Positions 26,030 to 38,410 of a stretch of 64,000 nt of DNA are shown in pieces (positions within the stretch are counted from its first letter, which is position 1; each line of letters opens with the position of its first letter). Origin of the DNA: Octopus sinensis (lineage: Eukaryota); NCBI RefSeq assembly GCF_006345805.1, contig NC_043004.1, forward strand, positions 26,474,001 to 26,538,000. Reading direction: 5' to 3'. The notes under the pieces are model-generated. The model saw nothing but the letters and a program-made list of their open reading frames with translations. It was not told the origin of the DNA and searched no databases. The translations under genes and the position numbers were made by a program.

Positions 26030-26402
26030 CAGATCAAGCAGGGCCATCTACCTGAAGGGATTTGTGGTTTGCCTGCCTTCCTACTTTTTAGGACTTTGGT
26101 TTTAGCTAGGTTGACTCTAAGGCCCTTCGATTCTATTCCTTGCTTCCACACCTGAAACTTCTCCTCCAGTTCTGATAGTGATTCAGCAATCAGAGCAAGG
26201 TCATCAGCTTAGAGGAGCTCCCAGGGGCATCCTGTCTTGAATTCCTCCTTTATTGCCTGGAGGACTATGATAAATAGTAGGACTGAACCCTGGTGGACCC
26301 CAACCTCTACCTTGAATTCTTACCTTACTTACAGCATCCCTGTACATGGTTTGCACAGCTCTCACTAACCATTCATCTATCCCTAGTTTCCTCATTGACT
26401 AC
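26030..26402 (-). mobile_element. RTE LINE RT fragment
   Basis: MRKLGIDEWLVRAVQTMYRDAVSKVR, GVHQGS, GCPWELL*ADDLALIAESL. Confidence 0.8.
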
Positions 26403-28879
26403 CGGATAAGGGATCCAGCAGTCATTGTGGCAACACGTATTTGTTTGTTCTCTGTGGCCTTAAGGTACTCTTCTATAGCCAGCTCAAAACTTAACTCGTC
26501 CTGTCGAAAAGACGCTTGTCCTGACGTCCTGCTTTTGTTGTTATCCTTACCATTATTGTTTTTACGTATTTTGTATTCTTATTCGTGCTATCATTATTGT
26601 TTTTACGTATTTTTGTATTTTTATTCGTGTAACATCGTCCTTTTTCCATCCCTGTGTTGTATACATTCGAGGCTTTCTTCCAGGGAATCTAATGCGCTTG
26701 GCTTAGATTTCCCTTGGGGGCTGCCCAGATTGGAGCAATCTCAAGATTAATCAGCCGAAATTGCGAAGATGATCCGGTTCTTGACTGATGATTGAGGGCT
26801 TCGAATGACCCGTCCGTGTTTTTTGTGTCGTCTTCTGGGTGTTTCACGTTCTTGTCCCAGTTTGTATATTTTTTTTACTTTTACATATATATATATATAT
26901 ATATTCTTTCTTTTTGCTTCTTTCAAGTTTTTCCCTGTAACGGTTAACTTATTTCATACATACATGTCTTCCGAACAGTAAGTTATTAACACTAACTTGT
27001 CAGCAACAAGTTGAAAGACGATTCCGGGGGAGTGTAAACAAGCGCGCGCACACAAACACACATGCAGGCATATGTATGTACATGGATGTATAACAATGCC
27101 TTCTGTATGTATATACAAACAAACATAATTACACATGCATATACATATAGAAGCGTCTTCTTATGCAAGTATATTCTATTATAGACAGGCAGACAAATGC
27201 CTTGCGAGTGGAGTTGGTAGAGATTGAAAGGAGGCATTATATAAGTGTGTGTGTATGTGTGTGTGTGCATATAGTTATCTATTTATAGACAGCTTAATAG
27301 AAACATACATATATACATACACACACACACAGAGTAGGTATAGATGTCTGTGTAGATGTGTGTGTGTGTGTGTCCGTCCCCACTCCCTCTTCGCTCTATA
27401 TTTGCTTGTGTGTATAGCTATTGTTCAATTTCCTGCCTGCTGAGTGCCCTTCTAAGATTTGCCTTCAATGTTGTAGGTGGGGGAATTGTTGTTCTTTACA
27501 CCAAACCTTGTTTTCTCCCGTTATTTCTCTACATCGCCGGCGTAAGTATTGTCTAAGAAATACCAATGCTTTTTCATTTTTGCTTTCTACATTATTACAC
27601 AACAAGAGAAAATTATATTTCAAATTCCATTTCTCCACCAACATATTGATTGGGAATTTATAGAAATATACTCCGGCCTTTCTTTGCTACTACTATGATG
27701 TGTTCATTCATACATCAACAATGAATGGGTTGATAAAACGTGCTACTACTGTCCTCATGTTTTCATTCATATTTTATTCACACATATCTCTGTTGGACTG
27801 TTCATGTTGGTTGTGTAGTTGTGTATATAGCCATTATCATTTGTAATTCATTGTAAAAGTTGCTGTGTATAATCACCGGCATGTTTAATCGTGGAGATGG
27901 CTGTGTGAATACTCACCGCATGTGTAAACGCGGAGATAAGTAAATATATAGATCCTTCGTCGACTTCTATAATAACTACACCAATAGTAGAACCAACTGA
28001 ACATTTTTAAAGTTTTGTTCTTCCGAAGGGAAAAGGATAGGAAGCAGGACAAAAATGCAAAATAATTTTGGGGAAATAAAAAGTCTTTTCAGAATCAAAT
28101 TAATTTCTGTTGCGTGAGACAGAAGATTAGTAAAAAGAAAAAAGGGGAAAAAATAATAAGGAAAAAACGGAAGAGACTTTTCTTTCCTATGAAGTCTGGC
28201 ACTTCGAAAGGATAGTTTCCACTCCACCACCATCAACCTAGAATTACATTTGTAAATCATAGTAAAACGTCGAGTATTCCGCAGACACTTGTTCCCTTCA
28301 CATAATCTGCAGAATGAATCAACGCGACAAGACTGGCCATTGCGATTGCACACACCGTCCGTTTGTGGTTAAAAACAACGTTTATACACTCACATGTTTT
28401 CACTTGTCTGTTTACAATGTATGTATATTCTTATTTGATATGTATGCATACTGATATACTGCATAAATGTGCATCTTTCACGTGTAGAATTAATACATTT
28501 CGTGTTTTATTTTGCATCTTGTTGTGTACGTTCGTGTGTACACACACACACACACACACACAGAGTTTATATCCATTTAAAAGAAGAAAATGGAAATTTA
28601 GGAAGTTACTAATAGTTTAATGATAACAGTTTGTTATTAATTACTACAAATTGGTCATCTTCGGCTGTAAGAAGCGAAAATGAGCATTTTGTTAATAATA
28701 AACAATTATTAACTTCTTACTCTCTATTTTCTCTTCTTCTTTTAAATGGATATAAACTTTATAACTTTTATATCCATTGATATGATATACATATTTTAAG
28801 GAAATTCATTCCCCAAAATACTAGGTATTGAACTAATATTTCCTTGCATGTAACCATCCCCTCATGAGGTTAACATAGC

Positions 28880-28912
<33 letters not shown>

Positions 28913-28923
<11 letters not shown>

Positions 28924-29439
28924 CACATCATTGAAATATATTTTGATATATAATTTAAAAAAAATTTTAACTTTAATTTAAATATTTTAATTGGATTTTT
29001 ATATTTTATATTTTTTATATATTTTTTAATTAATTTTATTTCTATGTATTGGCTTATGATTTTCACTGTTTGATTTGCCTAGTAGTGGTTTTATCTCTAA
29101 TATAATATAATATATATATATATAATATATATACATGCATATATATATTATAATGATAATCCACATCATTGAATATATATATATATATTATATATATATA
29201 TATTATAATCCACATCATTGAAATATATTTTGATATATAATTTAAAAAAAATTTTAACTTTAATTTAAATATTTTAATTGGATTTTTATATTTTATATTT
29301 TTTATATATTTTTTAATTAATTTTATTTCTATGTATTGGCTTATGATTTTCACTGTTTGATTTGCCTAGTAGTGGTTTTATCTCTAATATAATATAATAT
29401 ATATACATGCATATATATATTATAATGATAATCCACATC

Positions 29440-29450
<11 letters not shown>
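28913..29450. repeat. Tandem duplication (~290-nt period) bounded by (TA)n
   Basis: ataatccacatcattgaaatatattttg...gtagtggttttatctctaatataat appears twice; the two ORFs in the track share an identical N-terminus. Confidence 0.85.
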
Positions 29451-29480
<30 letters not shown>

Positions 29481-29483
<3 letters not shown>

Positions 29484-29664
29484 CAACTTAAAAGTTATGG
29501 CCGGTCATGGAGTGACCATTGGTTTCGCATCTGGCGCTTAGCAGTGTAAGCGACTCAAACGGCTATGTACCTTCAGACATTTGAGTCTCACGAGCCACCT
29601 GTAATGCTTAATAGGTGCGAAATCGATGGTCACCTTATGACTGGCCATCATTTTTTGATTTCCT
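29481..29664. mobile_element. MITE with ~55-nt imperfect TIRs next to (TA)n
   Basis: atggccggtcatggagtgaccattggtttcgcatct versus aggtgcgaaatcgatggtcaccttatgactggccat. Confidence 0.7.
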
Positions 29665-29745
29665 AAAAATATATTACTGCTCCAATGCTTTAGAGTGTGT
29701 TTCCTTTTCGGATACATGAATTACTGACAATATATATATATATAT

Positions 29746-29925
29746 ATACTGTTGTGTCTGGGGAGAGACATTCTCTTTTGGTGCCTTATAATTTAACACA
29801 CTCCCGGTAAAATTTCCACTTATTTCTTAAAAAAAAAATTTTTTTAAAGTAGAAATTTTACCGGTGAGTGTGTTAAATAATAAGGCACTAAAAGAGAATG
29901 ACTCTCCCCAGACACAACAGAATAT
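29746..29925. repeat. Inverted (foldback) duplication of a TA-associated repeat
   Basis: ctgttgtgtctggggagag..gtgccttataatttaacacact..ccggtaaaatttc is mirrored by gaaattttaccggtgagtgtgttaaataataaggcac..ctctccccagacacaacag; the same family occurs linearly at 54400-54560. Confidence 0.8.
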
Positions 29926-29979
29926 GCTTCAACACACGAACTCATATAAAGAATCTTGCAAACCAAATCCCAAAAAACG

Positions 29980-30036
<57 letters not shown>

Positions 30037-30419
30037 GTGTGTGTGTGCGCATATGTGAATGGACATGTCCACACACCTCAAATAGAGGCATAACTATAGT
30101 TTGGTGTCCCTCACAAACTTACTCGTAATTTCCTTTAATAAATACGTTATTTAGATGAAATTTTACGCAGTCATATTTTCAATGATGTGGATTATGATTA
30201 TGATAGCGAAAATGAAAAATAATAATCTAAAATTTTTACTTTTTACTCTGAACGAAAAAAGGACCCTAACTTTGTAAACCATTCTTTACAACGTTCGTGG
30301 TGATTGCTTTCATTCATAACCAACATGAAATTGCAAGGAAACCAAATATATTTCTCGATTTACGTTTCACTGTAAAATATATCGGAATGTAATATTACTG
30401 AATAATGCAGACATATGTA

Positions 30420-30830
30420 GGCGCAGGAGTAGCTGTGTGGTAAGTAGCTTGTTTACCAACCACATGGTTACGGGTTCAGTCCCACTGCCTGGCACCTTGG
30501 GCAAGTGTCTTCTACTATAGCCTCGGGTCGACCAAAGCCTTGTGAGTGGATTTGGTAGACGGAAACTGAAAGAAGCCCGTCGTATATATGTATATATATA
30601 TGTCTGCGTGTGTGTGTTTGTGTCTGTGTTTGTCCCCCTAGCATTGCTTAACAACCGATGCTGGTGTGTTTATGTCCCCGTTACTTAGCGGTTCGGCAAA
30701 AGAGACCGATAGACTAAGTACTGGGCTTACAAAAGAATAAGTCCCGGGGTCGAGTTGCTCGATTAAAGGCAGTGCTCCAGCATGGCCGCAGTCAAATGAC
30801 TGAAACAAGTAAAAGAATAAAAGAATAAAA
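30420..30830 (+). mobile_element. Full-length SINE family A (tRNA head, CORE-like domain, internal TG/TA microsatellite)
   Basis: ggcgcaggagt.gctgtgtggtaag (A box)..gggttcagtccc (B box)..ccttgggcaagtgtctt..tail gactgaaacaagtaaaaga. Confidence 0.9.
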
Positions 30831-31002
30831 CAAACTGTTATGGATTTTATGTTGCTGAATTATGACTAATAGGTTAATGAGGTACTACTTGAGAACAGTG
30901 GTCCCGGTGCGCGCACTCGCACTAGCTAGTCCTGACTAGTCGATCTTTACTTTGTGTTTTTGTGTGTTATTTACTTTGTTTAAAAAATTATTTACTTTGT
31001 GT

Positions 31003-31432
31003 GGATCTTTTCGGTTTGAACGGCAGTTTTTAACATAATTTCTAGGTAACTAAAAAAGTTTAAACTTCGTATACTGGTAGAATGTGTTTATAAAACATCT
31101 TTTTCTCTTGGCTTTATTGAGAAAATTCTATAGTTTGTAAGATGTTTGTTGTTTTTTTTCTTCAATTTCTGCAATTTCAACCAATCACTGACGTCTATTG
31201 AGGTAAAAAAAAACATTCTGTGCTGTATGAATATGTCCCTCGTTTAAGAAACAGATTGGGTTTATTTACATTTGCGAAGAAAATAAGATACCCTTCCCCC
31301 CACCCCTAACCCTAACCCTAACTAACCCTAAAACAGATTGAAATGCAATAGATTGATACTAGGGTCATAATTATGGGTGACAATTTCATATGACACTGCT
31401 AGAAAAAACTGCCGTTCAAACCGAAAAGATCT
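31003..31432. mobile_element. Non-autonomous DNA transposon (Merlin-like termini) with internal (CCCTAA)n
   Basis: TIR gatcttttcggtttgaacggcagttttt / aaaaactgccgttcaaaccgaaaagatc; shares GGATCTTTTC and aacttcgtatactggtagaatgtgtt with the 53356-54398 element. Confidence 0.75.
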
Positions 31433-31439
31433 TCCAATG

Positions 31440-31920
31440 GATGTTGTAACTGACACCTTTATCTTTTAAGGACCATATATGACTGGATAATTTGGTCGTT
31501 TTCCTTTTATCCTAGTTCCTGAAGCTCAAGGTGTGATTACTGAACCTGACCTTGAAATTACCCTCTAAGGCCCACGTATTGCTTCGTCGAAACCGTGTCC
31601 CTAGTGGATATAGAGTCTACGGCTCCTTCATAAATGATGGTTTCGGACATGCAAGCTCCATTTAGCGGGCACAAATTTTTATCCCTGCATGAATAGCTGG
31701 TTTCATTTTGTGGTTTTTGTGTGTTGTGTGCGATTATATCTTTAAAAATTAGTAGTTGAGCTGAAACTGATTTTTAAGTTATGTCTGTTGAAGAGCTTTC
31801 TGTAAGTATGGTTGACTGGAAAATGTCTATCTATCAGTGCTAAAAAATACTTACCTATATTAAAGGTCACTTTGGGGAAGTAGGGAGGTGTGAACCAGAT
31901 AGTTTTCCTATTCCTATAAT
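31440..31920 (-). mobile_element. Penelope-like element fragment (linker + GIY-YIG)
   Basis: NRKTIWFTPPY..NIGKYFLALIDRHFPVNHTYRKLFNRHNLKISFS; SCRDKNLCPLNGACM. Confidence 0.8.
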
Positions 31921-32544
31921 AAATAAAAGGAAACATAGGAATAGGAAAGCTATCTGATTCACACACCCCTACTCCCCTGAAGTGACCTTTAATATAGGTA
32001 TTTCTTAGCACAATATATACATATATATATACATACATACATATATATATATTAAGGTATGTAGAAAAATACAACATGGACAAGAACGTATAACTCTTAG
32101 AAGACGATACAATAAACACGGACAGGACATTCGAAACCCTCAGTCTTCAGTCAAGAACCGGATCATCGTAGTAATTTCGGCTGTACATATATATATATAT
32201 ACATACATACATATACATACATACATACATACATACATACATACATACATACATCATACATACATACATACATACATATATATACATATACATACATATA
32301 TATATACATATACATACATACATATAATACATACATATATATTATACATACATATATATATATACTTACATACATATATAATATACATACATATATATAT
32401 ATACATACATATATATATATACATACATATATATATATACATACATACATATATATATACATACATACATATATATACATACATACATACATATATATAC
32501 ATACATACATACATATATATACATACATACATATATATATATAC

Positions 32545-32578
<34 letters not shown>

Positions 32579-32684
32579 TGTTCAAAAGAATAGTTCATGT
32601 TCCATGTACTCGTGCTTCGTACGTTTTGTTGTACACGTTTCATGAAGTCCTGTGCCCACATATGCATATATATATATATATATA

Positions 32685-33308
32685 CCTTCCTTCTTGTGAC
32701 ACTTGTGAAGACCTGTTGAGGCAAGTGAAAATCAAATCAAATCAAACCAAATCAAAATAGATGAACATCAATGGAATTTGTATCTTTGTGGTACCAGTGC
32801 CGGTGGCACATAAGAAAACCATCCGAACGTGGCTGTAGCCAGTACCGCATCGACTGGCCTCCGTGCTGTGGGCACGTAACAAACACCATCTGATCGTGGC
32901 CGTTCGCCAGCCTTGTCTGGCACCTGTGTTGGTGGCACATAAAAAACACCATCCGAGCGTGGCCGTCTGCCAGCCTCGTCTGGCACCTGTGTCAGTGGCA
33001 CATAAAATACACCATCCGAGCGTGGCCGTCTGCCAGCCTCGTCTGGCACCTGTGTCGGTGGCACATAAAAAACACCATCCGAGCGTGGCCGTCTGCCAGC
33101 CTCGCCTGGCACCTGTGTCGGTGGCACATAAAATCACCCACTACACTCTCGGAGTGGTTGGCGTTAGGAAGGGCATCCAGCTGTAGAAACACTGCCAGAT
33201 CTGACTGGCCTGGTGCAGCCTTCGAGCTCGCCAGACCCCAGTTGAACCGTCCAACCCATGCTAGCATGGAAAGCGGACGTTAAACGATGATGATGATGAT
33301 GATGATGA
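32685..33308 (+). mobile_element. RTE-related SINE with an internal 63-nt tandem array and (GAT)n tail
   Basis: The unit ggtggcacataaaaaacaccatccgagcgtggccgtctgccagcctcgtctggcacctgtgtc is repeated, followed by ggcgttaggaagggcatccagctgtag and aacccatgctagcatggaaagcggacgttaaacgatgatg; second copy at 42908-43268. Confidence 0.8.
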
Positions 33309-33321
33309 TATATATATAATA

Positions 33322-33503
33322 TTAATTAGAGACAAAACCACTATTTTGCAAATCAAACAAGGAAAGACTTAATCAATACATAAAAAAATTTTAATATAAA
33401 GTAAATAAATAAATAAATAAATACTTTATATTAAAATTTTTTTATGTATTGATTAAGTCTTTCCTTGTTTGATTTGCAAAATAGTGGTTTTGCCTCTAAT
33501 TAA
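33322..33503. repeat. Near-perfect ~80-bp-arm palindrome
   Basis: ttaattagagacaaaaccactattttgcaaatcaaacaaggaaagacttaatcaatacataaaaaaattttaatataaagta, then (aata)n, then its reverse complement. Confidence 0.85.
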
Positions 33504-33588
33504 TATTATATAATATTTTACTATAAAATGGATTCAATCCTAAATCTGATTTTTCCCTGTAAATTTGGATTTATTCCCTAATATTTAT

Positions 33589-33624
<36 letters not shown>

Positions 33625-33627
<3 letters not shown>

Positions 33628-33785
33628 CGACAGGCTTCTTTCAATTTCTGTCTACCAAATCCACTCACAAGGCGTTGGTCAACCCAAGGCTATAGTAGAA
33701 GACACTTGCTGGAGGTGCCATATAGTGGGATTGAACCTGCAACCATATGGTTGGTAAGCAAACTACTTATTGCACAGCCACTCCA
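33625..33785 (-). mobile_element. 5' part of SINE family A (CpG-decayed)
   Basis: gacaggcttctttca..ccaaatccactcacaagg..tatagtagaagacacttgc..ggttggtaagcaa..cacagccactcc. Confidence 0.8.
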
Positions 33786-34067
33786 TTCTTTTTATATATA
33801 CATTCACACACACAAACGCACACACATACATGTACATATACATACACACATACATTCATACATATGCATATTCATTCATACATACATGCATGTTTTTCAC
33901 TTTTCTTTGTCGGTTCACTGGCACCATGCCTTTTTTAGGGGACACATACACATGCTTTTAGAGACTGGTGTAGCTAAAGTAGAAAAATCTGCTTTACTTT
34001 TGCTTTCTTTTAATTCTATGAACTGTTGTCACTAAAGTGGAGAAAATCTTTAGTCATTTATCATTAA

Positions 34068-35140
34068 CCCTTTCGTTACCAAACCGCCCAAAGCCGCCCG
34101 AAAAAAATTTTGGTTAATGAGACCAAACTGCCCAAAGCCGCCCGAATTTACCTATTCATATTTAAATGAGAATATCAGAGCAAATCTCTTTAGTACATTC
34201 GTGAAAACACGTATTATACTTCGTAAAGAGTTCAACTACAGTTATGTACAATAATCGAAGTGTAATTTTAATTCCGTGAATTTTGGGAGATTTTTTTCCG
34301 AAATTTGTTCCTATTGTGTTTTCAAAATTTGTAATTCTGACAAAAAATGGATACGAATTTCATTATATCAAGCAGCGAGTCAGAATTCGAAGGATTTTCT
34401 ACTGAAGACCTTCATAAATCTAACTCTATGACTGAAAAAAAAAAGCATGTGGTATTTGATAATGAATCTGATGTTTCCTTTTCCGAAAGTGAAAACTGTG
34501 AATCCGAGATCGACAGCGATAGAGAAAATGAATTGGCACCCGAATGGAGTGAAAATTTAAAAACTATTTCTTTCGGTGATTTTTCTGAAGAAACTGGACC
34601 AAGTCACAGACTTTCCCAGAAGAGTAAAGCCTTAGACTATTTCTTTTTACTTTTTCAAATGAGCCTATTTGAAATCATTACGGCGGGAACGAACCGTTAC
34701 GCTAAACGTAAACAAAGCGAAAGAAACGATAGTTTGTGGTTTCCCACAACCTTAAATGAAATTAAGACTATTTTGCCATAAATATTATTATGGGTATCAG
34801 AAAGTTACCCAGAATAACAAATTCTATAGTAAAATTTTGTTGTATACCCAATTGTATAACCCATTTTCTATAGCGATGTTTGAACAAAATTTTAATAATT
34901 TTATATTTTGTTGAATTTACCTGTATCTACCTGCAATTAGAGTCACTTTGTGACAAAAATTATAGTATAGAATTGGTTGAGAATATTTCATTAAATTATC
35001 TTCCAAAAATCAGATTAATATATCGATAAATAAACAAGTTATAGTTGTTTAATGAAACCAGACTAAATTTATGATTACGTTAGAAATTAATTGAAACACA
35101 TAAGGGGTGTAATTTGGTCAGAAATATAGTAACGAAAGGG
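34068..35140 (+). mobile_element. Internally deleted piggyBac transposon
   Basis: TTAA TSDs (34064-34067, 35141-35144); TIR ccctttcgttac/gtaacgaaaggg; ORF 34347-34781 has an acidic N-terminus and ALDYFFLLF..TNRYA..WFPTTLNEIK typical of piggyBac transposases; no catalytic domain. Confidence 0.9.
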
Positions 35141-35960
35141 TTAAAGAGAATCCTTTACATTTTTTTAAGCAGTACAGATCTTTGTAATTTGAAAGGTAGC
35201 TCTACATGCAAGATTGCTGGGAAGTGGAGAGGGCTCCTTGTACTGATTGCACCATATCTTTCATAGAAAGGAGCTCTCAATATTAAAGGGAGGGGCCATT
35301 GTCCAGGGGAACCCAAGCTATTGCACCTTTGGCACCCCCATAAATCTGGCCCTGGTCTAAAAAGATCACAAACTTTGACCTTTACTTATTATGTCTCACA
35401 TTCACAGGTTTTATTTATCACCAAGAAAATACATTTTTTTTTGTATTGAAAATTAATCAAAACGAAGGTTTACATGTGCTTTTTAATACCAGAAGTAAAA
35501 AGAAATTGAAAAGAAGTTGTGTTTACTCCATGGGATGCGAGATGATTCTGCACTCTTACATACTGTTTTTTATGTATTGCTGAATGTGTTGAATAGAAGT
35601 AAGGCAAAAATCTAGCAAATGGTACTTAGGAATCTTTCTTCGAATCATTGCAAATGACCACAGAAGATGATATTTGAGTTAATCTATAAAATGAAACATC
35701 AAATTAAGCAAATATTTTCATTAAAGAGGTTGTTGAAGTGAAAAGTAAACAAAAGTTGACCCTTCACCATAGCAGTTTGTTATACATGGTCGTTATGAAA
35801 TACACCATATAATTTTGATATTGAAACAAATACCAGCTTGTATAATACTGTATATCTCTCAAGTTTAAACAAGATCCATTTCAAGTGTTGCAGCAGTTAC
35901 CTTCCATCCTGGTTGGTATATACACAGAATTAAAACAATGGATGTATGAGTTTGCTTTAA

Positions 35961-36180
35961 CCCTTTTGTTACTGTATTTATTTTGAGATGCTCTGTGTTT
36001 CTTTAATTACTTTAAATATAACAAATACTTTAGTAAAATAACTTTGTTATCATTCAGCTAGTGTTAGCAACATAAATTGTGACTAATGTTTGGTGGAAGA
36101 TTTTAATTGAAAACTTATGAAAATAAGACATTTGTACTACAGAGCCAGAGCCGGTTTCAGCCAGGTTGGTAATGAAAGGG
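35961..36180. mobile_element. piggyBac-type MITE
   Basis: TTAA|cccttttgttac ... gtaatgaaaggg|TTAA, related to the termini of the 34068 element. Confidence 0.85.
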
Positions 36181-36390
36181 TTAAAGTTGAGTTAGAAATC
36201 TCAGCTGAGCATCCTTCAGATCATTACAATTTGAATCAACAGATTTCCATTAAGCATTCATCCTAATTCTTACCTGGTTGTATCTTATTTTCACGACAGT
36301 TATGTCTGTCCTCAGTTTCATTAACTTTGTAACGCATTGGACTTTGTCCCATCCACATACACCACATAATTGTCAAAGAGGAAAACAATA

Positions 36391-36555
36391 GGCGCAGGAG
36401 TGGCTGTGTGGTAAGTAGCTTGCTTACCAACCACATGGTTTCGGGTTCAGTCCCCCTGCGTGGCATCTTGGGCAAGTGTCTTCTGCTATAGCCTTGGGTT
36501 GACCAATGCCTTGTGAGTGGATTTGGTAGACGGAAACCGAAAGAAGCCTGTCGTA

Positions 36556-36615
<60 letters not shown>

Positions 36616-36836
36616 CATATGTTTATGTGTCTGTGTTTGTCCCCCTAGCATTGCTTGACAACCGATGCTGGTGTGTTTACGTCCCCGTCACTTAGCGGTT
36701 CGGCAAAAAAGACCGATAGACTAAGTACTGGGCTTACAAAGAATAAGTCCCGGGGTCAATTTACTCGACTAAAAGGCGGTACTCCAGCATGGCCGCAGTC
36801 AAATGACTGAAACAAGTAAAAGATAAAAGATAAAGA
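36391..36836 (+). mobile_element. Full-length SINE family A
   Basis: Same head, core and tail as 30420-30830. Confidence 0.9.
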
Positions 36837-37546
36837 TTATTCATGAACCATGAGTCATTTCAAGTCTCTGATTAATAATCAACACCATCACTTTCAGTAT
36901 TACTGTCTGACCGCCCCCCCCTCTCACAAGGAAATCGCTGTCATTAAGTTCGCTGTCACTCTCAGGGGTCAGAATCTGATGTGCAAGTTTCATCTTCAAG
37001 TTATTCTTCCAGAATATCTACCAACTGATTAATATGTTGTCTTTATAAGATGATTGTACTAAATGATAAAAAGAAAATGAACTTAGTGCCACCTGAGAGC
37101 TAAACATGATAGGAGGTATCTGCTTTTATACATAAGTACACTTGATAACTTATCAAAACACTTGTAACACAATTAACAATTTTATCTTCCTTAGCCATCC
37201 TATCTGAATTTGTGGTAGTGTGTTAGTCCTTTCAAGTAGAAATTACATTGTATTACTTGTACTGTTATAAAAAGTTTATTAAATGCTAAAAATCTATAAT
37301 GGGCTTGCATATGCATTTATAGTCACATTTATACACTCACAGTTATACTTACACACATGCATACATATACACAGTTACATTTACACACATATACACATGT
37401 AGTCACATTTATATAAACACACATGCATGCACACACATACACACACACACATACATACATGTATACATATACTCACTCTCACACATTTGTGCAAATGGTA
37501 TCATGATTCTAATTCTGTAGTTTTTTTTTTTTTTTTTTCAGAAATT

Positions 37547-37889
37547 ATGAACAGTTATAGATATATACGGCAGTACACTGGTGCTGTGAAAGCTATTATA
37601 CTGGACTGGTCTGGCACAACACTTGACCGTTATGTAATGGCACCAGCTGTTGCATTTGTTGATGTCTTCAAGAAACATGGGGTCTCTGTATCAATGACTG
37701 AGGCTCGAGTGCCGATGGGTTTACGGAAGGATGCACACATCAAAGCATTAACAGAAAATGTTGATGTCAGACAAAGATGGAAGGAGGTACATGGAAGATT
37801 TCCTGACCAATCAGATGTTGATAAAATGTATCATGATTTCGTACCCTTACAACTCTCAGTTCTTTCCAAGTATAGCCAGTTACTTCCAG
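37547..37889 (+). CDS. phnX: Phosphonoacetaldehyde hydrolase (phosphonatase), coding exon 1
   Basis: Preceded by a poly-T tract + CAG acceptor (AG 37540-37541); ATG at 37547. Translation MNSYRYIRQYTGAVKAIILDWSGTTLD...EARVPMGLRKDAHI...LLPG contains HAD motif I (D20; DWSGT vs bacterial DWAGT) and the phosphonatase cap loop PMGxxKxxHI (M57, Schiff-base K61, H64), with the same spacing as B. cereus D12/M49/K53/H56. Ends at the donor CAG|GTAAGT (GT 37890-37891), phase 1. Confidence 0.93.
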
Positions 37890-38252
37890 GTAAGTGTGGA
37901 TCAAGCTCTCATCTTTTACATTGAATGACACCTTAGATTCTCAACTGTCACCTCCTCCAAGCTGGTATGTTAACTCCTCTCAATTACCAAGTGATGGTAT
38001 TAGACAAGGTGTTAAGTCTCTCTCTTGATGACCAGGTGATTGTGTTAAGTCTGCTTCCCAAAGACTGGGTTGTATGTTAGAACTACCAACATTTACATCA
38101 TCTCACAGTGCAAGTATCTTTTTTAAATGTATCTGTGACTGTAAACCTCTTAGCTGAAAAAAACCCCCTTTGAGGTTAAGAAGCCAGTGAAGACATGGCG
38201 TCTTGTTGGTTATCCAATTGAAAGGGTGATGCGAAATGATTGCAACCTTTCA

Positions 38253-38403
38253 GGTGCAATGGCCCAGTGGTTAGGGCAGCGGACTCACAGTCATAGGATT
38301 GTGGTTTCAATTCCCAGACCGGGCGTTGTGAGTGTTTATTGAGTGAAAACACCTAAAGCTCCACAAAGCTCCGGCGGGGGATGGTGGTGAACCCTGCTGT
38401 ACT
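38253..38403 (+). mobile_element. 5' part of V-type SINE (family B), in the phnX intron
   Basis: ggtgcaatggcccagtggttagggcagcggactcac..gtgtttattgagtgaaaacacctaaagctccac matches the head of the minus-strand copy at 38885-39189. Confidence 0.75.
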
Positions 38404-38410
38404 AAACGTA

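Noticed and set aside
26780-26812. CTGATGA..GAAT hammerhead candidate (also ctgatga at ~57379 and ~12934)
   Set aside because: No credible stem II/GAAA/stem III arrangement.
30367-30654. Recurrent ORF RRASFSFRLPNPLTRLWS..RRHLPKVP (also 19208, 33565, 36263, 38307, 50600)
   Set aside because: Antisense translation of SINE family A, not a gene family.
32800-33135. CRISPR-like array
   Set aside because: Contiguous 63-nt tandem units with no unique spacers, inside a SINE; no cas genes.
37427-37546. N-terminal extension MHTHTH...FFFFFSEI of ORF 37427..37924 and its GKCGSSSHLLH end
   Set aside because: Intronic: a CA repeat and polypyrimidine tract before the acceptor, and read-through past the 37890 donor.
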